This document shows, in pieces, positions 33,745-35,065 of a stretch of DNA of 35,065 bases. This DNA is from Candidatus Bathyarchaeota archaeon (GTDB lineage: Archaea > Thermoproteota > Bathyarchaeia > Bathyarchaeales > Bathyarchaeaceae), in the NCBI GenBank assembly GCA_014859755.1, contig JACUTO010000001.1, positions 1 to 35,065 of the forward strand, given 5' to 3'. The notes beneath the pieces were generated by a model. That model made no database searches, was not told the origin of the DNA, and was given only the letters and a program-made list of their open reading frames with translations. Made by a program: the position numbers and the translations under genes. The stretch's first letter is position 1. Each line of letters opens with the position of its first letter.

Positions 33745-33948
33745 GCGTTAACCACGCTGAGAAGACGGTGCTTTTCATCCTCGGCACTCATTTGCATTAT
33801 AGCAATACGTTTAGCTTAATATAAATCTTCATATGCCTCTAATCGCACGTTCACGCGCGTCTTTCTCCGTTGGTCATCAGTAAGTGTCGGATTTGGGTAA
33901 AGATTGATATTTAGGCGCTCTTGTTATTCATCTCTTTCTTCTCTTAAG

Positions 33949-33961
33949 ATGCGCGCGCATT
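33949..33961. repeat. ATGCGCGCGCATT, second copy of the 13-mer seen at 268-280 (12-bp palindromic core)
   Basis: Read directly from the sequence, in the AT-rich divergent spacer between the VIT1-like and CaCA genes. Confidence 0.9.
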
Positions 33962-33974
33962 AATTCAAATTTTT

Positions 33975-34006
33975 TTATCGGTATAAATTTTATTATCGGT
34001 ATAAAT
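33975..34006 (+). repeat. Direct repeat of TTATCGGTATAAAT (33975-33988 and 33993-34006), each copy containing a TATA-like GTATAAAT
   Basis: Two exact 14-mers with an 18-bp period lie 60-90 nt upstream of the CaCA start at 34066. Confidence 0.7.
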
Positions 34007-34065
34007 ATTTAAATTGTGCTTATGGGAATATATGTTCAAAAGCGTGATAGGGTGGCTTGATGTAG

Positions 34066-35037
34066 ATGATGGAACCGCTAATCTTTTTGGTGCTCGGTTT
34101 AGTGGGGCTTTGGCTTGGCTCCCAATTAGCCGTAGGAGGTTTCGAGAACGTGGCGCGCCGCTTCAGGCTCTCACACTTATTCATCGGGTTAACGGTTGTG
34201 GCAATCGGAACCTCTCTGCCGGAAACAGCGGTCAGCGTGATAGGAGCCATAGACATACTCATGGGCGCCGAAATGTCCGCTGTTTCCGGCGTCGTGGTCG
34301 GCAACAAAATAGGCTCCTACATCAATCTGGTCACTTTAATTATGGGCATCGTGGGGCTTGTTGGACTGATGTCCATAACTAAACGGGAGCTGAAGAGGGA
34401 GGGAACCATGCTAATTCTGTCCATAATTCTCTTTTCTTTAGTCTCCTTAGACTTGAAAATAACGCCTCTGGAAGGAGTCGTTGTCACACTCGCTTATCTA
34501 CTATACTTCATTTACCTCGTCAAGCAGGAGGCACCCCATAGATCAACCTCTAAAGTAGAAGAAGGAAGACCAAAAACGCATCCCCTCAAGGATTTCCTGA
34601 TGATAGCCATCGGGATGGGTGTTCTCCTTTACGCGGCAGAAGTCGTTGTTAGAAACAGTGTTCAATTGGCTGAGTTATGGCGTGTCCCCACTTCAGTTAC
34701 GGGTCTACTGATAGTTGGCTTAGGCACGGGTTTGCCTGAACTCGTAATCGCCGTAATCGCGTTGCGGAGGGGCGCAATGGGCATAGCGGTGGGCGACATT
34801 GTTGGTAGCAACATCTGCGACATCCTCTTCTCCTTGGGCGCAGGGGCGATGATCTCCGGGTTTACAGTTGATCCCGTTCTGTTATGGTTTGACACCCCCT
34901 TCATGTTCCTTATCGCTTTTCTTGTGCTGGGTCTGTTTATGAGAAATATGAGACTTGAAAGGAAGGAGGCGCTGGTGCTCATACTTGTTTACGCGTCTTA
35001 CGTAGGGCTGAAACTGGCGTTCTTCATGGGAGGTTAA
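34066..35037 (+). CDS. CaCA-family Na+/Ca2+ exchanger (YrbG/NCX_Mj-like)
   Basis: 323 aa and polytopic. It has the two alpha-repeat signatures GTSLPE and GTGLPE, plus GSNICD. Confidence 0.85.
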   Translation: MMEPLIFLVLGLVGLWLGSQLAVGGFENVARRFRLSHLFIGLTVVAIGTSLPETAVSVIGAIDILMGAEMSAVSGVVVGNKIGSYINLVTLIMGIVGLVGLMSITKRELKREGTMLILSIILFSLVSLDLKITPLEGVVVTLAYLLYFIYLVKQEAPHRSTSKVEEGRPKTHPLKDFLMIAIGMGVLLYAAEVVVRNSVQLAELWRVPTSVTGLLIVGLGTGLPELVIAVIALRRGAMGIAVGDIVGSNICDILFSLGAGAMISGFTVDPVLLWFDTPFMFLIAFLVLGLFMRNMRLERKEALVLILVYASYVGLKLAFFMGG

Positions 35038-35065
35038 GTAGCGGTGGCGAATGAAAATATAATTC

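Noticed and set aside
34014-34382. Alternative-frame ORFs 34014-34382 (+) and 34020-34307 (-) overlapping the exchanger start
   Set aside because: The 34066-35037 frame carries both CaCA alpha-repeat signatures. The alternative frames are Arg/Gly-rich with no motifs.

Overview
The window looks like an archaeal chromosomal segment. Evidence for this is a membrane-bound LonB protease, archaeal-type SAM synthetase, PurP, Ftr, an Lrp-family regulator, AT-rich TATA-type spacers, oligo-T terminators and frequent GTG/TTG starts. I found no rRNA, tRNA, CRISPR array, transposase or integrase. It splits into three parts. (1) 1-7830 is an accessory-looking surface-protein island. It starts with a roughly 800-bp gene-free spacer holding a phased array of TGT(C/G)ACA palindromes. 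It then carries a tandemly duplicated two-gene module: a PepSY-like secreted 'X' protein plus a NosD-like beta-helix surface protein. In one copy the X protein is fused in frame, through a TM hairpin, to a caspase/legumain-like His-Cys domain and a C-terminal dockerin. (2) 7830-14550 holds housekeeping and metabolic genes: a cupin, a FadH-like flavin oxidoreductase, 3-hydroxyacyl-CoA dehydrogenase, LonB and ProC. (3) 14590-28060 is a split purine-biosynthesis supercluster, purE-purC-purP(long)-flavodoxin-purM-purL on the plus strand and purF-purD on the minus strand. It is interrupted by non-canonical genes: an overlapping ftr/PfkB-kinase pair, a C_GCAxxG_C_C protein, and a HAD-like gene translationally coupled to purD. 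After that come a DHH/DHHA1 phosphoesterase, an HTH-CBS regulator divergent from SAM synthetase with a palindrome between its TATA box and ATG, a short Lrp, an IPCT/DIPPS-like bifunctional enzyme with a shifted catalytic motif, a VIT1-like protein and a CaCA exchanger. The most interesting candidates are the fused PepSY-like/clan-CD-like/dockerin surface protein within the duplicated module, the palindrome array at 357-490, alternating-CG palindromes concentrated in intergenic spacers, and the CBS-HTH/DHH/SAM synthetase/purFD neighbourhood. All product calls rest on motif recognition by eye. No database search was possible.
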